Positions 8,977 through 18,799 of a DNA stretch of 64,000 bases are shown piece after piece. The stretch is from Anaerolineae bacterium (GTDB lineage: Bacteria; Chloroflexota; Anaerolineae; UBA1429). Numbering within the stretch: the stretch's first letter is position 1; each line of letters opens with the position of its first letter. Position numbers and translations under genes: made by a program. Under the pieces are notes generated by a model. The model saw only the letters and a program-made list of their open reading frames with translations. It searched no databases and was not told the origin of the DNA. The DNA is taken from the NCBI GenBank assembly GCA_963675785.1, contig OY776562.1, positions 2,752,001-2,816,000 on the forward strand. The letters run 5' to 3'.

Positions 8977-9510
8977 TTGCTAGAACCGGTGACTACCCTC
9001 AGAACGCGAACCCACAACCCAAATGAGACACGAATCCTGGGTGCTGCCTTGGGCAAAGAGCTTCAGGCTGGTTTTGTCGTCTGTTTGAATGGCGATTTGG
9101 GCTCAGGGAAAACATGCCTGACACAGGGCATCGCCAAGGGATTGTGTGTAAGCGGTGTCGTCAATAGCCCCACCTTTGTTTTTATCAACGAATACACTAC
9201 GCGAGAAAACGGCCTTTGTCTTTACCATGTTGACCTCTATCGCATCCAAAACTCTCTGGATGCACTGGCTCTCGGCCTAGAGGACTATATGTATGGCAAT
9301 GGCGTAACAGTTATAGAATGGCCCGAAAGGGCAATCGACCTCCTGCCGGAAGAATGTCTTTGGGTGCACCTAACTTATGTGGATGATCAGGAGCGCCAGT
9401 TTGTCATCAAAGCAGTAGGTGAGCGCTATATAAAGGCACTCAAGGCATTCCTTGATTCATCTCAAGATCTCGGCTTGACCCTGGAGACCCTCGATGCTGA
9501 TAGCAATTGA
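8977..9510 (+). CDS. tsaE: tRNA t6A37 biosynthesis ATPase
   Basis: GDLGSGKT, SPTF, HVDLYR, IEWP. Confidence 0.95.
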   Translation: MLEPVTTLRTRTHNPNETRILGAALGKELQAGFVVCLNGDLGSGKTCLTQGIAKGLCVSGVVNSPTFVFINEYTTRENGLCLYHVDLYRIQNSLDALALGLEDYMYGNGVTVIEWPERAIDLLPEECLWVHLTYVDDQERQFVIKAVGERYIKALKAFLDSSQDLGLTLETLDADSN

Positions 9511-10177
9511 TACAGCAACCCGCTTTGCAAGCGTATGCCTCTATGATGAGCAGGGCATTGTCGAAGAACATGCCTGGCGATCCAACAACAACCACTCGGT
9601 AGAGACACTACCGGTCATACACAACATGCTTACTCGTCAGGGCATAGTTTCTTCAGATATTGCTGCTATCGCCGTCGTTACGGGTCCCGGCTCCTTTACC
9701 GGCCTTCGCATTGGCATGAGCATTGGCAAAGGATTAGCCTTAGCGCTGGGCATTCCCATTTTAGGTATCCCAACGCTTGACGTAACCGCTTATGCAGCTG
9801 GAGATCCCGGCATGCCCGTTCTTGCTGTCCTCGAAATAGGAAGAAATCGGATATGCGTAGGCCGCTATACTTTTCAGGAAGGCTTGCCTGTCCTTGATCA
9901 AGACACTCTTCTCGTTTCTACCCAAGAATGGGTAGCTGATGCCTCTGAACCGGTCTTTGTTACCGGAGAGATAAGCGAAAAGTTGGCCACCAGATTGTTG
10001 GCTCAGGATAATGCCGAAAATATCTCGCTCTCTTCCATGGCAGGATCGATCCGTCGCTCTGGCTATCTGGCAGAACTTGCTTGGGAGCGCTTTTCTGCCG
10101 GGGAAAGCGATAACCTGGATACGCTAAGCCCGGTTTATGCTCATCATCCTCAATCTGGTACGGGATCAGAGGCATGA
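9494..10177 (+). CDS. tsaB: tRNA t6A37 biosynthesis protein
   Basis: LIAIDTAT, GPGSFTGLRIG. Confidence 0.95.
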   Translation: MLIAIDTATRFASVCLYDEQGIVEEHAWRSNNNHSVETLPVIHNMLTRQGIVSSDIAAIAVVTGPGSFTGLRIGMSIGKGLALALGIPILGIPTLDVTAYAAGDPGMPVLAVLEIGRNRICVGRYTFQEGLPVLDQDTLLVSTQEWVADASEPVFVTGEISEKLATRLLAQDNAENISLSSMAGSIRRSGYLAELAWERFSAGESDNLDTLSPVYAHHPQSGTGSEA

Positions 10178-10800
10178 AGCCCCTGGTGCTGGCTTCTCTG
10201 CCGTTTCGCATTCAAACCATGACTCCCGCACACATCCCTACAGTGGCAGCCATTGAAAAGGATACCTTTGGTGCCCCTTGGCCCGAAAGTGCCTTTGTGC
10301 AAGAAGTTTCTCATAACCCCTATTCAACCTATCTGATCCTTCAATACCTACCACCAACCAAACGAAAAAACTTGAATCTGACAAGCCCTTTCAGAAAGGG
10401 CAGAGTAGATCCATCTATTATTGGTTACGGCGGATTCTGGCAGATGGTCGATGAAGCACACATTTGCACGCTGGCCATGCGCCAGGACTGGAGAAGCCGA
10501 GGCCTTGGCGAGCTTTTGCTGCTCGCTCTCATCCGCCAGGCCATGGAACTCGATATTGAGCGGCTTTCCCTCGAAGTCCGTCTATCTAATACGATCGCCC
10601 AATCCTTATATCGCAAGTACGGCTTTGAGGTAGTGGGGGATCGGCCCAGATACTATTCTGATAATCAAGAAGATGCACTCATCATGACAACATCAGATGT
10701 ACGTACGCCAAACTACAAACAGACAGTGGTAGACTTGAGCAATGCATTGCTTGAGCAGCTCAATACGCTCGATTTAGAATCCCTGCCAACAGACAATTAG
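10174..10800 (+). CDS. rimI: Ribosomal protein S18 alanine N-acetyltransferase
   Basis: GNAT motifs RSRGLG, LEVRLSN..AQSLYRKYGF, YYSDNQEDALIM. Confidence 0.9.
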   Translation: MKPLVLASLPFRIQTMTPAHIPTVAAIEKDTFGAPWPESAFVQEVSHNPYSTYLILQYLPPTKRKNLNLTSPFRKGRVDPSIIGYGGFWQMVDEAHICTLAMRQDWRSRGLGELLLLALIRQAMELDIERLSLEVRLSNTIAQSLYRKYGFEVVGDRPRYYSDNQEDALIMTTSDVRTPNYKQTVVDLSNALLEQLNTLDLESLPTDN

Positions 10801-10823
10801 CCACTATGAAAAAGGAAAAAGCC

Positions 10824-11597
10824 ATGAGCGACGGCGCCCCGCTTGTTCTGCTGGCAAACGATGACGGTATTGCTGCTCCTGGTATTGCTGCTTTGTACGA
10901 ACAAATATCGCAGATTGCAGAAACCGTCGTTATTGCACCAGAGCGCAACTGGTCGGCATCGGGCCACAGCAAAACCATGCATAAACCTCTTAGGCTGTAC
11001 CAAGCACCTCTGATGAATGGCGCAATGGGCTGGGCCTGTAGTGGTTCTCCTTCAGACTGTGTGGCTGTTGCGCTACTTGGCGCGTTGGAAAGACGCCCCA
11101 CCATGGTCATTTCTGGCATCAACCAAGGGGCCAATGTTGCTCAGGACCTGACGTATTCTGGCACTGTATCCGCTGCCATGGAAGCCGTGATTGGCGGCGT
11201 TCCTGGGATTGCTATCTCTCTTAATAGCTATACCTCAACGCGCTTTGACATCGCTGCCGAATTTGCTGCATTGCTGACAAAACGCCTCTTGAGCGAGCCC
11301 AATGAACCGCCTCTGCTGCTCAACGTCAATGTCCCTGCTCTTGAACGGGATGAGATCAATGGCATTGAAATCACACGCCTTGGCAGGCGCATCTATCGTG
11401 ACGCGCTCATCAAAAGAGTGGACCCCAGAGGCAGACCCTATTTCTGGATCGGTGGGGAAGAACCTGATGGCGTCATAGAGGATAAAACCGATATTGGCGC
11501 GCTTGCTAACCAGCGTATTTCCATCACACCGCTCCATCTGGATATGACCGATGTGGAAAACTTGCAAACAGTTGCTGATCTCAAGCTAGATTGGTGA
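10824..11597 (+). CDS. surE: 5'/3'-nucleotidase SurE
   Basis: LLANDDG, GSPSDCV, SGINQGAN, YSGTVSAAMEA; alternative start at 10806. Confidence 0.95.
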   Translation: MSDGAPLVLLANDDGIAAPGIAALYEQISQIAETVVIAPERNWSASGHSKTMHKPLRLYQAPLMNGAMGWACSGSPSDCVAVALLGALERRPTMVISGINQGANVAQDLTYSGTVSAAMEAVIGGVPGIAISLNSYTSTRFDIAAEFAALLTKRLLSEPNEPPLLLNVNVPALERDEINGIEITRLGRRIYRDALIKRVDPRGRPYFWIGGEEPDGVIEDKTDIGALANQRISITPLHLDMTDVENLQTVADLKLDW

Positions 11598-11723
11598 TTC
11601 CAATCTAAATAAACTGGCACGAAACTATTCAATTCTAAAAGGGTTGTAAAAGTGACGAGTACTGCCGTAGCCTGAGTTCATCTAGGTGATAACGGCTCTG
11701 ATAACAGAGACTGAGGAGAAATC

Positions 11724-12587
11724 ATGGCTTCAATAGTTTTCGTGACAGACAGTACCGCCGGTCTCAAAGCCAGTTTTGCCCAGGAGAACAACATTCAGGT
11801 CGTACCACTCTACATGCAAACTGAAGACAGCATCTATCGCGACGGTGTTGATCTCACTGCCAAAGACTTTTACGAGTTACTACCCAGCCTGAACAAACTC
11901 CCCACCACCTCGCAGCCCTCAGTAGGCGATTTCGTTTCTGTCTATTCTGAACTCATTGAAAAGGGTGCTGAAGCCATCGTCTCGGTGCATATTCCCTCGG
12001 GCATCAGCGGAACGACAAACTCGGCACGCTTGGCCGCCGAACAGTTTCCCAAAACGCGTATCGAGATTATCGACATGACCTGCCCTTGTGCAGCTGCTCA
12101 GCTGGCTATTGAAGCCGGAGTCCGTGCAAACTTGGCCGGCGAGTCCGTAGATGCCGTGGTCAAGGCTGTCGAGGCTGTATCTGAATCCCACGGCACTGTC
12201 TTTATGGTGGATACGCTTGAGTATCTTCATAAAGGTGGGCGTATTGGTGGCGCATCGGCCTTGGTTGGTTCAGTGCTCAAATTCAAGCCCCTTCTCTATT
12301 TCAATGACCGGAAAATAGACGCCATTGGTCGAGAGCGGGGCGCGGAAAAAGCCTTGGATGCTATGCTCAGAATTATGGACGGCTGGATGCCCAAAGACGA
12401 ACCGCTCAAAGCCGTCATGATGGTCGCCCAATCTGAAGATCGAGCCGAGCGTATCCTACAAAAAGCCAGCGGCATACTGAATATCGTTGAAGTTGACACA
12501 GCCTGGCTAAGCCCGGTTATCGGGGCACACGTAGGCCCCGGCTGCCTGGGCATGTGCTGCTGTCCAATGGACAAACTGCACATCTAG
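11724..12587 (+). CDS. DegV family fatty-acid-binding protein
   Basis: VTDST, PTTSQPS, SGISGT, YLHKGGRIG, IGAHVGPG. Confidence 0.92.
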   Translation: MASIVFVTDSTAGLKASFAQENNIQVVPLYMQTEDSIYRDGVDLTAKDFYELLPSLNKLPTTSQPSVGDFVSVYSELIEKGAEAIVSVHIPSGISGTTNSARLAAEQFPKTRIEIIDMTCPCAAAQLAIEAGVRANLAGESVDAVVKAVEAVSESHGTVFMVDTLEYLHKGGRIGGASALVGSVLKFKPLLYFNDRKIDAIGRERGAEKALDAMLRIMDGWMPKDEPLKAVMMVAQSEDRAERILQKASGILNIVEVDTAWLSPVIGAHVGPGCLGMCCCPMDKLHI

Positions 12588-12910
12588 GCATCTTTTTCAA
12601 GTTTGATATGAACGGCAGCAGGCAGGGCTAGGCCTGCTGCCACTTCTATTGCCTTGATCACAGCGCAGGGCACTGGGCAGGCCGCATGCAGCTTTGCCCT
12701 CGATGCGGCTTGATAGATTGCCGTTTCAGTAATGCGCTTGGTGATAATCTCCATCGCGTCTACCTCGCCCAACTCTTCTGCCAGTTTTTGCACGTGATTG
12801 CATCGGCTGGATATCACGATCTCAGCTTTATAGGTTGCCGAATCGACCTGCACCTCGACCACCGTCTCAAACCCACAAATACCCGGATTAACAGTCGCTC
12901 TTGCCATCAT
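12584..12910 (-). CDS. Small Cys-rich conserved hypothetical protein (DUF6951-like)
   Basis: NPGICGF, SRC, HAACPVPC; GGAGG RBS before ATG 12910. Confidence 0.6.
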   Translation of the reverse strand: MMARATVNPGICGFETVVEVQVDSATYKAEIVISSRCNHVQKLAEELGEVDAMEIITKRITETAIYQAASRAKLHAACPVPCAVIKAIEVAAGLALPAAVHIKLEKDA

Positions 12911-12962
12911 GCCTCCTATAGATGACTTAATGATACCACATTCCCCACTGCGCATAGATTGT

Positions 12963-12991
12963 TTGACACGCCAATGCCGATATGCTACGAT
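12963..12991 (+). promoter_or_regulatory. his operon promoter
   Basis: TTGACA-17 bp-TACGAT with extended TG. Confidence 0.75.
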
Positions 12992-13017
12992 GACACGCAA
13001 TGGAGGGATTGATCGAC

Positions 13018-13116
13018 ATGAACCGATACAACCCTGTACAAGTCAGCAGAAATGGCCAGTGCACAAGCATCTGGTGTTGTTTGTTTTCATCTCTTCATCA
13101 TCATAAGAACAGGTGA
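13018..13116 (+). CDS. hisL: his operon leader peptide, 32 aa, MNRYNPVQVSRNGQCTSIWCCLFSSLHHHKNR
   Basis: GGAGG at 13002-13006; CAT-CAT-CAT three codons before the stop; lies between the promoter and attenuator hairpin. Confidence 0.75.
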   Translation: MNRYNPVQVSRNGQCTSIWCCLFSSLHHHKNR

Positions 13117-13160
13117 TCGACTCGGCAGCCAAGGGAGGTTGCCCGGGACGCTCACCGCTG

Positions 13161-13190
13161 GAGACTAGTTCGCAGGAACTGGTCTTTTTT
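13161..13190 (+). terminator. his attenuator terminator
   Basis: GAGACTAGTTC-GCAG-GAACTGGTC followed by T6, 35 nt before hisZ. Confidence 0.8.
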
Positions 13191-13224
13191 ATTTGTAATG
13201 GGGCAAATCTTGCGAGGACAAGCC

Positions 13225-14484
13225 ATGGGAGATTCGAATCTGAGAGCTAGATTGCCGCACGGCCTCTCGGACGTATTCTTTGAACAAGCGGCACTAAAAG
13301 AAAAGCTAGAAGCTGCTGCCGGGCACGTATTTGCCCAATGGGGTTATGGCCGTATTTATGTGCCTACGTTCGAGTATTACGACAGCCTGACAACCGAAGC
13401 CAGTGCGCGCACCCGTAGTGAGATGTATCGCTTTTTTGACCGTGACGGCCACGTAATGGCTCTGCGCCCCGATATGACCGTAGCTACCGCGCGTGTAGCC
13501 GGCACGAAACTGTACGATCAGCCGCTACCCCTGCGTTTTTACTACATTGGCAATGTCTTTCGCCATGTGGCCCCGCAAGCAGGACGTCAACATGAATTCA
13601 CCCAGGCAGGCATCGAATTGCTAGGAGTTTCTACGCCCGAAGCAGATGCAGAAGTAGTCTCAGTAACAGTGGCCACCTTGGTAGCCATGGGCCTGACTGA
13701 TTTTCAGATCAATTTGGGGCAGGTAGCCTTTCTCAAGGGGCTTCTGGACAATACCAGTATCAGCACCGAGGATATTGTCTCTCTGGAAGATGCCATCGAG
13801 CGCAAGAACCCGGTAGAGATCAATCAAACGATCTCCCGACTCGGGTTGGATCAATCCACCGAGAACGCCATCAGGGCCATTCCTTCACTTTGCGGCCGTG
13901 ATGGCGTTCTTGATAGTGCTCGCAAGCTGGCTACCACTCGGGCATCGCAAGAGGCTATCGAAAGACTGGTTCAGGTCTACAAGCTGCTTCAAGATGCTGG
14001 GATGGGCGACCATGTCATTCTCGATCTGGGCGAAGCCCGTAGCATGGGCTATTACACCGGCACTACCTATCACGTCTATGCCGCTGGTCTGGGATTCCCT
14101 ATTTGTAGTGGTGGACGTTATGACAACCTCGTCGCTCATTACGGCAAGATCATGCCAGCCATGGGTTTTGCTCTAGGCATCGAACGGGTGATGCTGCTGA
14201 TGGACGAGCCCGAACCATTGGGGCCCGATGTACTCTTTGCCACCGGTGGCTATGCCGAATGTTATCCCCTCATCACCGCCATGCGCCAGAGTGGCCTAAT
14301 TGTGGAACAAGAAATCAGCGGACGAACAGGGCAAGAATTGACCAACTATGCCTGCCAAAGCCATGCCCGCCGTTGGATTACCTGCCAGGCCGGCAGCAAG
14401 TTCATCGTTCACATCGGCGATGATACCAAGACCTATTCGCCCACAGAACTCGCTGAGGAGATTGCCATATGGGCCCGCTCATAA
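13225..14484 (+). CDS. hisZ: ATP phosphoribosyltransferase regulatory subunit
   Basis: HisRS-like (LRPDMT, EFTQAGIEL, YYTG, GGRYD); start after GAGGA. Confidence 0.93.
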   Translation: MGDSNLRARLPHGLSDVFFEQAALKEKLEAAAGHVFAQWGYGRIYVPTFEYYDSLTTEASARTRSEMYRFFDRDGHVMALRPDMTVATARVAGTKLYDQPLPLRFYYIGNVFRHVAPQAGRQHEFTQAGIELLGVSTPEADAEVVSVTVATLVAMGLTDFQINLGQVAFLKGLLDNTSISTEDIVSLEDAIERKNPVEINQTISRLGLDQSTENAIRAIPSLCGRDGVLDSARKLATTRASQEAIERLVQVYKLLQDAGMGDHVILDLGEARSMGYYTGTTYHVYAAGLGFPICSGGRYDNLVAHYGKIMPAMGFALGIERVMLLMDEPEPLGPDVLFATGGYAECYPLITAMRQSGLIVEQEISGRTGQELTNYACQSHARRWITCQAGSKFIVHIGDDTKTYSPTELAEEIAIWARS

Positions 14485-15122
14485 TTGCCTTGCCAAAAGG
14501 GCGTATGCAAATTGATGCTCTGGAGCTGTTTGCCGAGATTGGCTATCCCACCGATGAATCCGATATCGGCCGTAAACTCGTTTTTGACGATGAAACCGGA
14601 CGGCTGCGCTTTATCCTAGCAAAACCTTCTGATGTGCCTACCTATGTGGAATACGGCGCCGCCGATCTCGGCATCGTCGGACAGGATACCCTGCACGAAT
14701 CCGAATGGGACCTTTATGAGCCGCTGGCGCTGAACTTTGCTCATTGTCACTTGGCCCTGGCCGGCCCGCCCGAAATGAGAGAGGCCAACTTGCGCCTGCG
14801 ATCGGGCGTTAGAGTTGCCAGTAAATACCCAAATTTGGCCAACCAATATTTCGAGTCGTTGGGCATCTCAGCAGAGGTGATCTACCTCAGCGGCTCGGTG
14901 GAGCTGGGTCCTGCCACTGGCCTAGCTGACCTACTCGTAGACCTCGTACAAACGGGGCGTACCTTGGTGGAAAACGGCCTAGTCGAGTTGGACACCATCA
15001 TGGAATCACAGGCCGTATTGGTCGTCAATCGCGCCAGCCACAAGCTGCGCTTTGAAGCAATCCAAGAGATCATCAACCAGCTAGCTCTGCGTGTCGAGGA
15101 AAGAAGGCCCAAGAATGACTAG
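14469..15122 (+). CDS. hisG: ATP phosphoribosyltransferase, short form
   Basis: IALPKGR, DVPTYVEYGAADLGIVG, SKYP, GSVELGP, DLVQTGRTL. Confidence 0.96.
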   Translation: MGPLIIALPKGRMQIDALELFAEIGYPTDESDIGRKLVFDDETGRLRFILAKPSDVPTYVEYGAADLGIVGQDTLHESEWDLYEPLALNFAHCHLALAGPPEMREANLRLRSGVRVASKYPNLANQYFESLGISAEVIYLSGSVELGPATGLADLLVDLVQTGRTLVENGLVELDTIMESQAVLVVNRASHKLRFEAIQEIINQLALRVEERRPKND

Positions 15123-16473
15123 CATGGTCAAAATAGTTCGCGGGGCAAATGAGGCCCGTCGTACACTGCTCAAGCGCCGTGCGCTGGCCGATATGGAAGC
15201 CTCCAGCGATGTACAGCAAGGTACACAAGAGCTCTTTGGCGAGCCTTTGACGCCCGATCAAGTCGTCAGCCGTATTCTTGGTGAAGTGCGTGATAACGGT
15301 GACCAGGCTGTGTTCAAATACACCGAGCTATTGGATCACACCAAGCTTGATAGTCTGCGCGTACCTCAAAAGCGCATTCTACAAGCCTGGGAGAATACCT
15401 CCACCGAACTACAAGAGGCCCTTCAACTCTGTGCAAAGCGCATCAGTTCCTTTTACGAAAAGCAACCTTGGTCATCCTGGCTAGATTGGGATGGTAAGGG
15501 CGGTGCTCTGGGGCAAATGCTTCGCCCGCTGGAGCGTGTGGGCATTTATGCCCCCAATGGCCGCGCGCCTTATCCTTCTTCGGTGCTCATGGGGGCAATA
15601 CCGGCCCGTGTGGCCGGCGTACCCGAAATCGTGTTGGCCACGCCACCACACAATGGTGAATTGAATGACACCATCCTGGCGGCCGCTTATGTGGCCGGCG
15701 TGCAAGAGGTCTATGCCATGGGCGGTGCACAAGCTATTGGCGCTCTGGCTTATGGCACCGAAACAGTAGGCCGCGTCGACAAGATTCTGGGCCCTGGCAA
15801 CATTTTTGTGGTGTTGGCTAAGCGTCAAGTGTTTGGTTTGGTGGATATCGACCAACTGCCTGGCCCCACTGAGACGCTGCTGGTAGCCGATGACTCTGCC
15901 AATCCGCGCTATTGCGCCGCAGATATGTTGGCCCAGGCCGAGCACGATCCCATGGCTTCGGCACTGCTCATCACCCCCTCTGAGGCTTTGGCCCTGGCCG
16001 TTGCCCAAGAGTTGGAAGAACAAGTCAAACTGCTCTCTCGTCAGGAGATCATCCGCGAGTCATTCAGTAGGCAAAGCGGCATTGTCGTTTGCGCTTCCAT
16101 TGACGAGGCCATTGACCTAGCCAATGAATACGCGGCGGAACACCTCTGTCTGATCACCCGTGACCCCTATTCGCAACTCGGTCGCATCAAGAATGCTGGC
16201 GGCGTGTTCCTCGGCGAGCTCTCTTGCGAAGCCCTGGGGGATTATGCCATCGGCCCCAGCCATGTCATGCCCACCGGCCAAACTGCACGATTCTCTTCGC
16301 CGCTCAATGTCTGGGATTTTCTCAAGATCACCAGCGTGTTCGGCATCGACGAGGAGATGGTACGCACCACCGGTCCGGCCGGCATGCGTGTTGCTGAAGA
16401 AGAAGGGCTCACCGCCCACGCTCAGGCCATTCGTGTACGCTATCAAGACATCCTAGGAAAGGACGCTGAATGA
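15115..16473 (+). CDS. hisD: Histidinol dehydrogenase
   Basis: YPSSVLM, GGAQAIGALAYG, GPGNIFV, QAEHD, EHL, DYAIGPSHVMPT. Confidence 0.97.
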   Translation: MTSMVKIVRGANEARRTLLKRRALADMEASSDVQQGTQELFGEPLTPDQVVSRILGEVRDNGDQAVFKYTELLDHTKLDSLRVPQKRILQAWENTSTELQEALQLCAKRISSFYEKQPWSSWLDWDGKGGALGQMLRPLERVGIYAPNGRAPYPSSVLMGAIPARVAGVPEIVLATPPHNGELNDTILAAAYVAGVQEVYAMGGAQAIGALAYGTETVGRVDKILGPGNIFVVLAKRQVFGLVDIDQLPGPTETLLVADDSANPRYCAADMLAQAEHDPMASALLITPSEALALAVAQELEEQVKLLSRQEIIRESFSRQSGIVVCASIDEAIDLANEYAAEHLCLITRDPYSQLGRIKNAGGVFLGELSCEALGDYAIGPSHVMPTGQTARFSSPLNVWDFLKITSVFGIDEEMVRTTGPAGMRVAEEEGLTAHAQAIRVRYQDILGKDAE

Positions 16474-17576
16474 AATCCGCCTTTGCGCCACAACAGTTTA
16501 TTGCCTCCCGCGTGGCCAATCTGCAAGAATATGCGCCTGAACCCTTGGAAGCCGTGGCCGAACGTCTGGGTATGCCGCTAGAACAGTTGATCAAGTTGGA
16601 TGCCAACGAGAACCCCTACGGGCCCACCCCCGCGGCGCTCACAGCGCTCAAGGCCTACGACTATTATCATCAGTACCCAGACGCCATCAGCCGCAAGCTG
16701 CGCGCCGCGCTGGCCGATTACGTCGGCGTGCCTATGGAGAACATTCTCGTCGGCAACGGCTCTGATGAGCTCATTGATATGACCGTCCGCTTGTTCAGGC
16801 CAGGGGAAGATGAGCACGGCATTGCCCGTCTTATCACCTGCCCACCGACCTTCGGCATGTATGATATATATGCCTCAGCCAACGACTTGGAGATCATCAC
16901 AATCCCCAGAAAGACCGATTTCTCGCTCGATCTGGAGAGCGTCGAGGCGCTATTTGAGATAGATAGCACACCAGCTATTCTCTTTGTAGCCTCGCCGAAC
17001 AACCCGGACGGCAAACTGCTGCCCGAGAGTGATCTACTGCGCCTATTGGCTCTGCCTGCATTAGTAGTGATCGATGAGGCCTATATCGAATTCGCCGGCA
17101 CGTCATACGCGCCGCTTGTTCTAGAGTATGAAAACTTGATAGTGTTGCGCACCTTTTCCAAGTGGGCCGGCCTGGCCGGGCTCCGCGTAGGCTATGGTGT
17201 CTATCCAGCAGAGCTCATGCCCTCGCTCTGGCGCCAAAAGGCACCCTACAATGTCAATTGCGCCGCGCAGGTGGCCGCACTGGCTACGCTGGAGCACGTC
17301 GATGAAGCACTCAAACGCCTCGACCTCATCAAGACAGAGCGAGATCGCTTGATTGCCGCTCTGAATGCCCTCGACGGCATCAAGGTGCTGCCCAGTGATA
17401 CCAACTTTGTGCTCGTTGAACCGACCAAGCTGTCCATCAATGAAGTTCGGGAGCGTATGGAAGCCCGTGGCATCATGATCCGCTATTACGGCAGTCCAGA
17501 CTTGAAGGATTATGTCCGCGTCTCTGTGGGGACGCCTGAACAAAACGCCTTGCTTATCGCGGCATTTACTGCTTAG
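16470..17576 (+). CDS. hisC: Histidinol-phosphate aminotransferase
   Basis: KLDANENP, GNGSDELI, SPNNP, DEAY, RTFSKWAGLAGLRVG. Confidence 0.96.
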   Translation: MKSAFAPQQFIASRVANLQEYAPEPLEAVAERLGMPLEQLIKLDANENPYGPTPAALTALKAYDYYHQYPDAISRKLRAALADYVGVPMENILVGNGSDELIDMTVRLFRPGEDEHGIARLITCPPTFGMYDIYASANDLEIITIPRKTDFSLDLESVEALFEIDSTPAILFVASPNNPDGKLLPESDLLRLLALPALVVIDEAYIEFAGTSYAPLVLEYENLIVLRTFSKWAGLAGLRVGYGVYPAELMPSLWRQKAPYNVNCAAQVAALATLEHVDEALKRLDLIKTERDRLIAALNALDGIKVLPSDTNFVLVEPTKLSINEVRERMEARGIMIRYYGSPDLKDYVRVSVGTPEQNALLIAAFTA

Positions 17577-17585
17577 GAGACGCCC

Positions 17586-18179
17586 ATGAGCGAAATCAGA
17601 AGAGTCCTGCTCGAACGCAAAACGCGAGAAACCGATATCAAGCTATCCCTAGATCTGGATGGCACCGGCCAATCTCAAATCGATAGCGGTGTACCCTTTA
17701 TGGACCATATGCTCACCCATGTGGCCATGCACAGCCTTTTTGATCTCGACATAACCTGCCAAGGCGATACCGAGATCGACGATCATCATTCCATCGAGGA
17801 TATAGGCATTGTGCTGGGCACAGCGATCAAAGAGACCCTCGGCTCCAAGGTAGGCATCCAGCGCTATGGCCAAATGCTTATGCCCATGGATGAAGCTCTG
17901 GTGATGGTCGCTCTCGACTTTTCGGGGCGCGGCATGCTGGTTTACGACGTGAACCTGCCTACGCCTCGCGTGGGCACTTTTGATACTGAGCTAACCCGCG
18001 AATTTCTGCAGGCTCTAGCAGTCAATGCAGGCCTGACGCTGCATGTCAGGCTCATTACGGGAATCAACACACATCACATCATCGAAGCCATTTTCAAGGG
18101 CCTAGGACGGGCCCTCGGCAGCGCTGCCGCAAGAGATCCAAGGAGGTCTGGAGTGGCCTCAACTAAAGGAGTCTTGTAG
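17586..18179 (+). CDS. hisB: Imidazoleglycerol-phosphate dehydratase
   Basis: RKTRET, DDHHSIED, PMDEAL, NTHHIIEAIFK. Confidence 0.97.
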   Translation: MSEIRRVLLERKTRETDIKLSLDLDGTGQSQIDSGVPFMDHMLTHVAMHSLFDLDITCQGDTEIDDHHSIEDIGIVLGTAIKETLGSKVGIQRYGQMLMPMDEALVMVALDFSGRGMLVYDVNLPTPRVGTFDTELTREFLQALAVNAGLTLHVRLITGINTHHIIEAIFKGLGRALGSAAARDPRRSGVASTKGVL

Positions 18180-18180
18180 C

Positions 18181-18798
18181 ATGCTGACGATCGTCGATTA
18201 TGGCGTTGGCAACCTGCGTAACGTCTATATGGCGTTCCAACGCTTGGGCCTGGAGGCAGATGTCACCTCCAAGCCCAAGGATATTCGTAAAGCGCAGGCG
18301 ATTGTACTTCCCGGTGTAGGAGCTTTTGGCGATGCCATGGAACAGATCCGTTCACTGGGCCTTGAAGAAGACCTCGTCGCCGCCGCCAAAGATGACAAAC
18401 CCTTTTTGGGCATCTGTGTAGGACTTCAGGTACTTTTTGAGGTTAGTGAAGAGATGGGCGAGCATCGCGGTCTGGGTATTCTAGGTGGGCGTGTGCGTCG
18501 CTTTGGTAACGAACTGCTTGTGCCGCACATGGGTTGGAACCAAGTGCACCAGCAGAACGAATCATCCATGTGGAACAAGGTACCCAACCATGGCTATGCT
18601 TACTTTGTCCATTCCTATTACTGCGACCCATCGGATAAGGCGGTTGTAGCTGGCACAACGGATTACGGCATATACTATGCTTCGGCCGTTGAGCAGGGCA
18701 ATTTGTTCGCCATCCAGTTCCATCCAGAAAAGTCCCAGGACTTGGGCGCACAGATTTTGCGCAATTTCTGCGTTCGCGCCGACCTGCTGGAGGACTGA
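18181..18798 (+). CDS. hisH: Imidazole glycerol phosphate synthase glutaminase subunit
   Basis: LPGVGAF, GICVG, PHMGWN, QFHPEKS. Confidence 0.97.
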   Translation: MLTIVDYGVGNLRNVYMAFQRLGLEADVTSKPKDIRKAQAIVLPGVGAFGDAMEQIRSLGLEEDLVAAAKDDKPFLGICVGLQVLFEVSEEMGEHRGLGILGGRVRRFGNELLVPHMGWNQVHQQNESSMWNKVPNHGYAYFVHSYYCDPSDKAVVAGTTDYGIYYASAVEQGNLFAIQFHPEKSQDLGAQILRNFCVRADLLED

Positions 18799-18799
18799 T

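Noticed and set aside
13018-13190. T-box riboswitch for the his operon
   Set aside because: No UGGNACC T-box bulge or stem I AG/GNUG motifs; the leader-peptide model fits better
18677-18799. N-terminal extensions given by the ORF track (hisA, also feoB, feoA, lysC, PPIase, S6-S18, ychF)
   Set aside because: They overlap upstream genes or leaders; RBS-supported downstream starts match family N-termini
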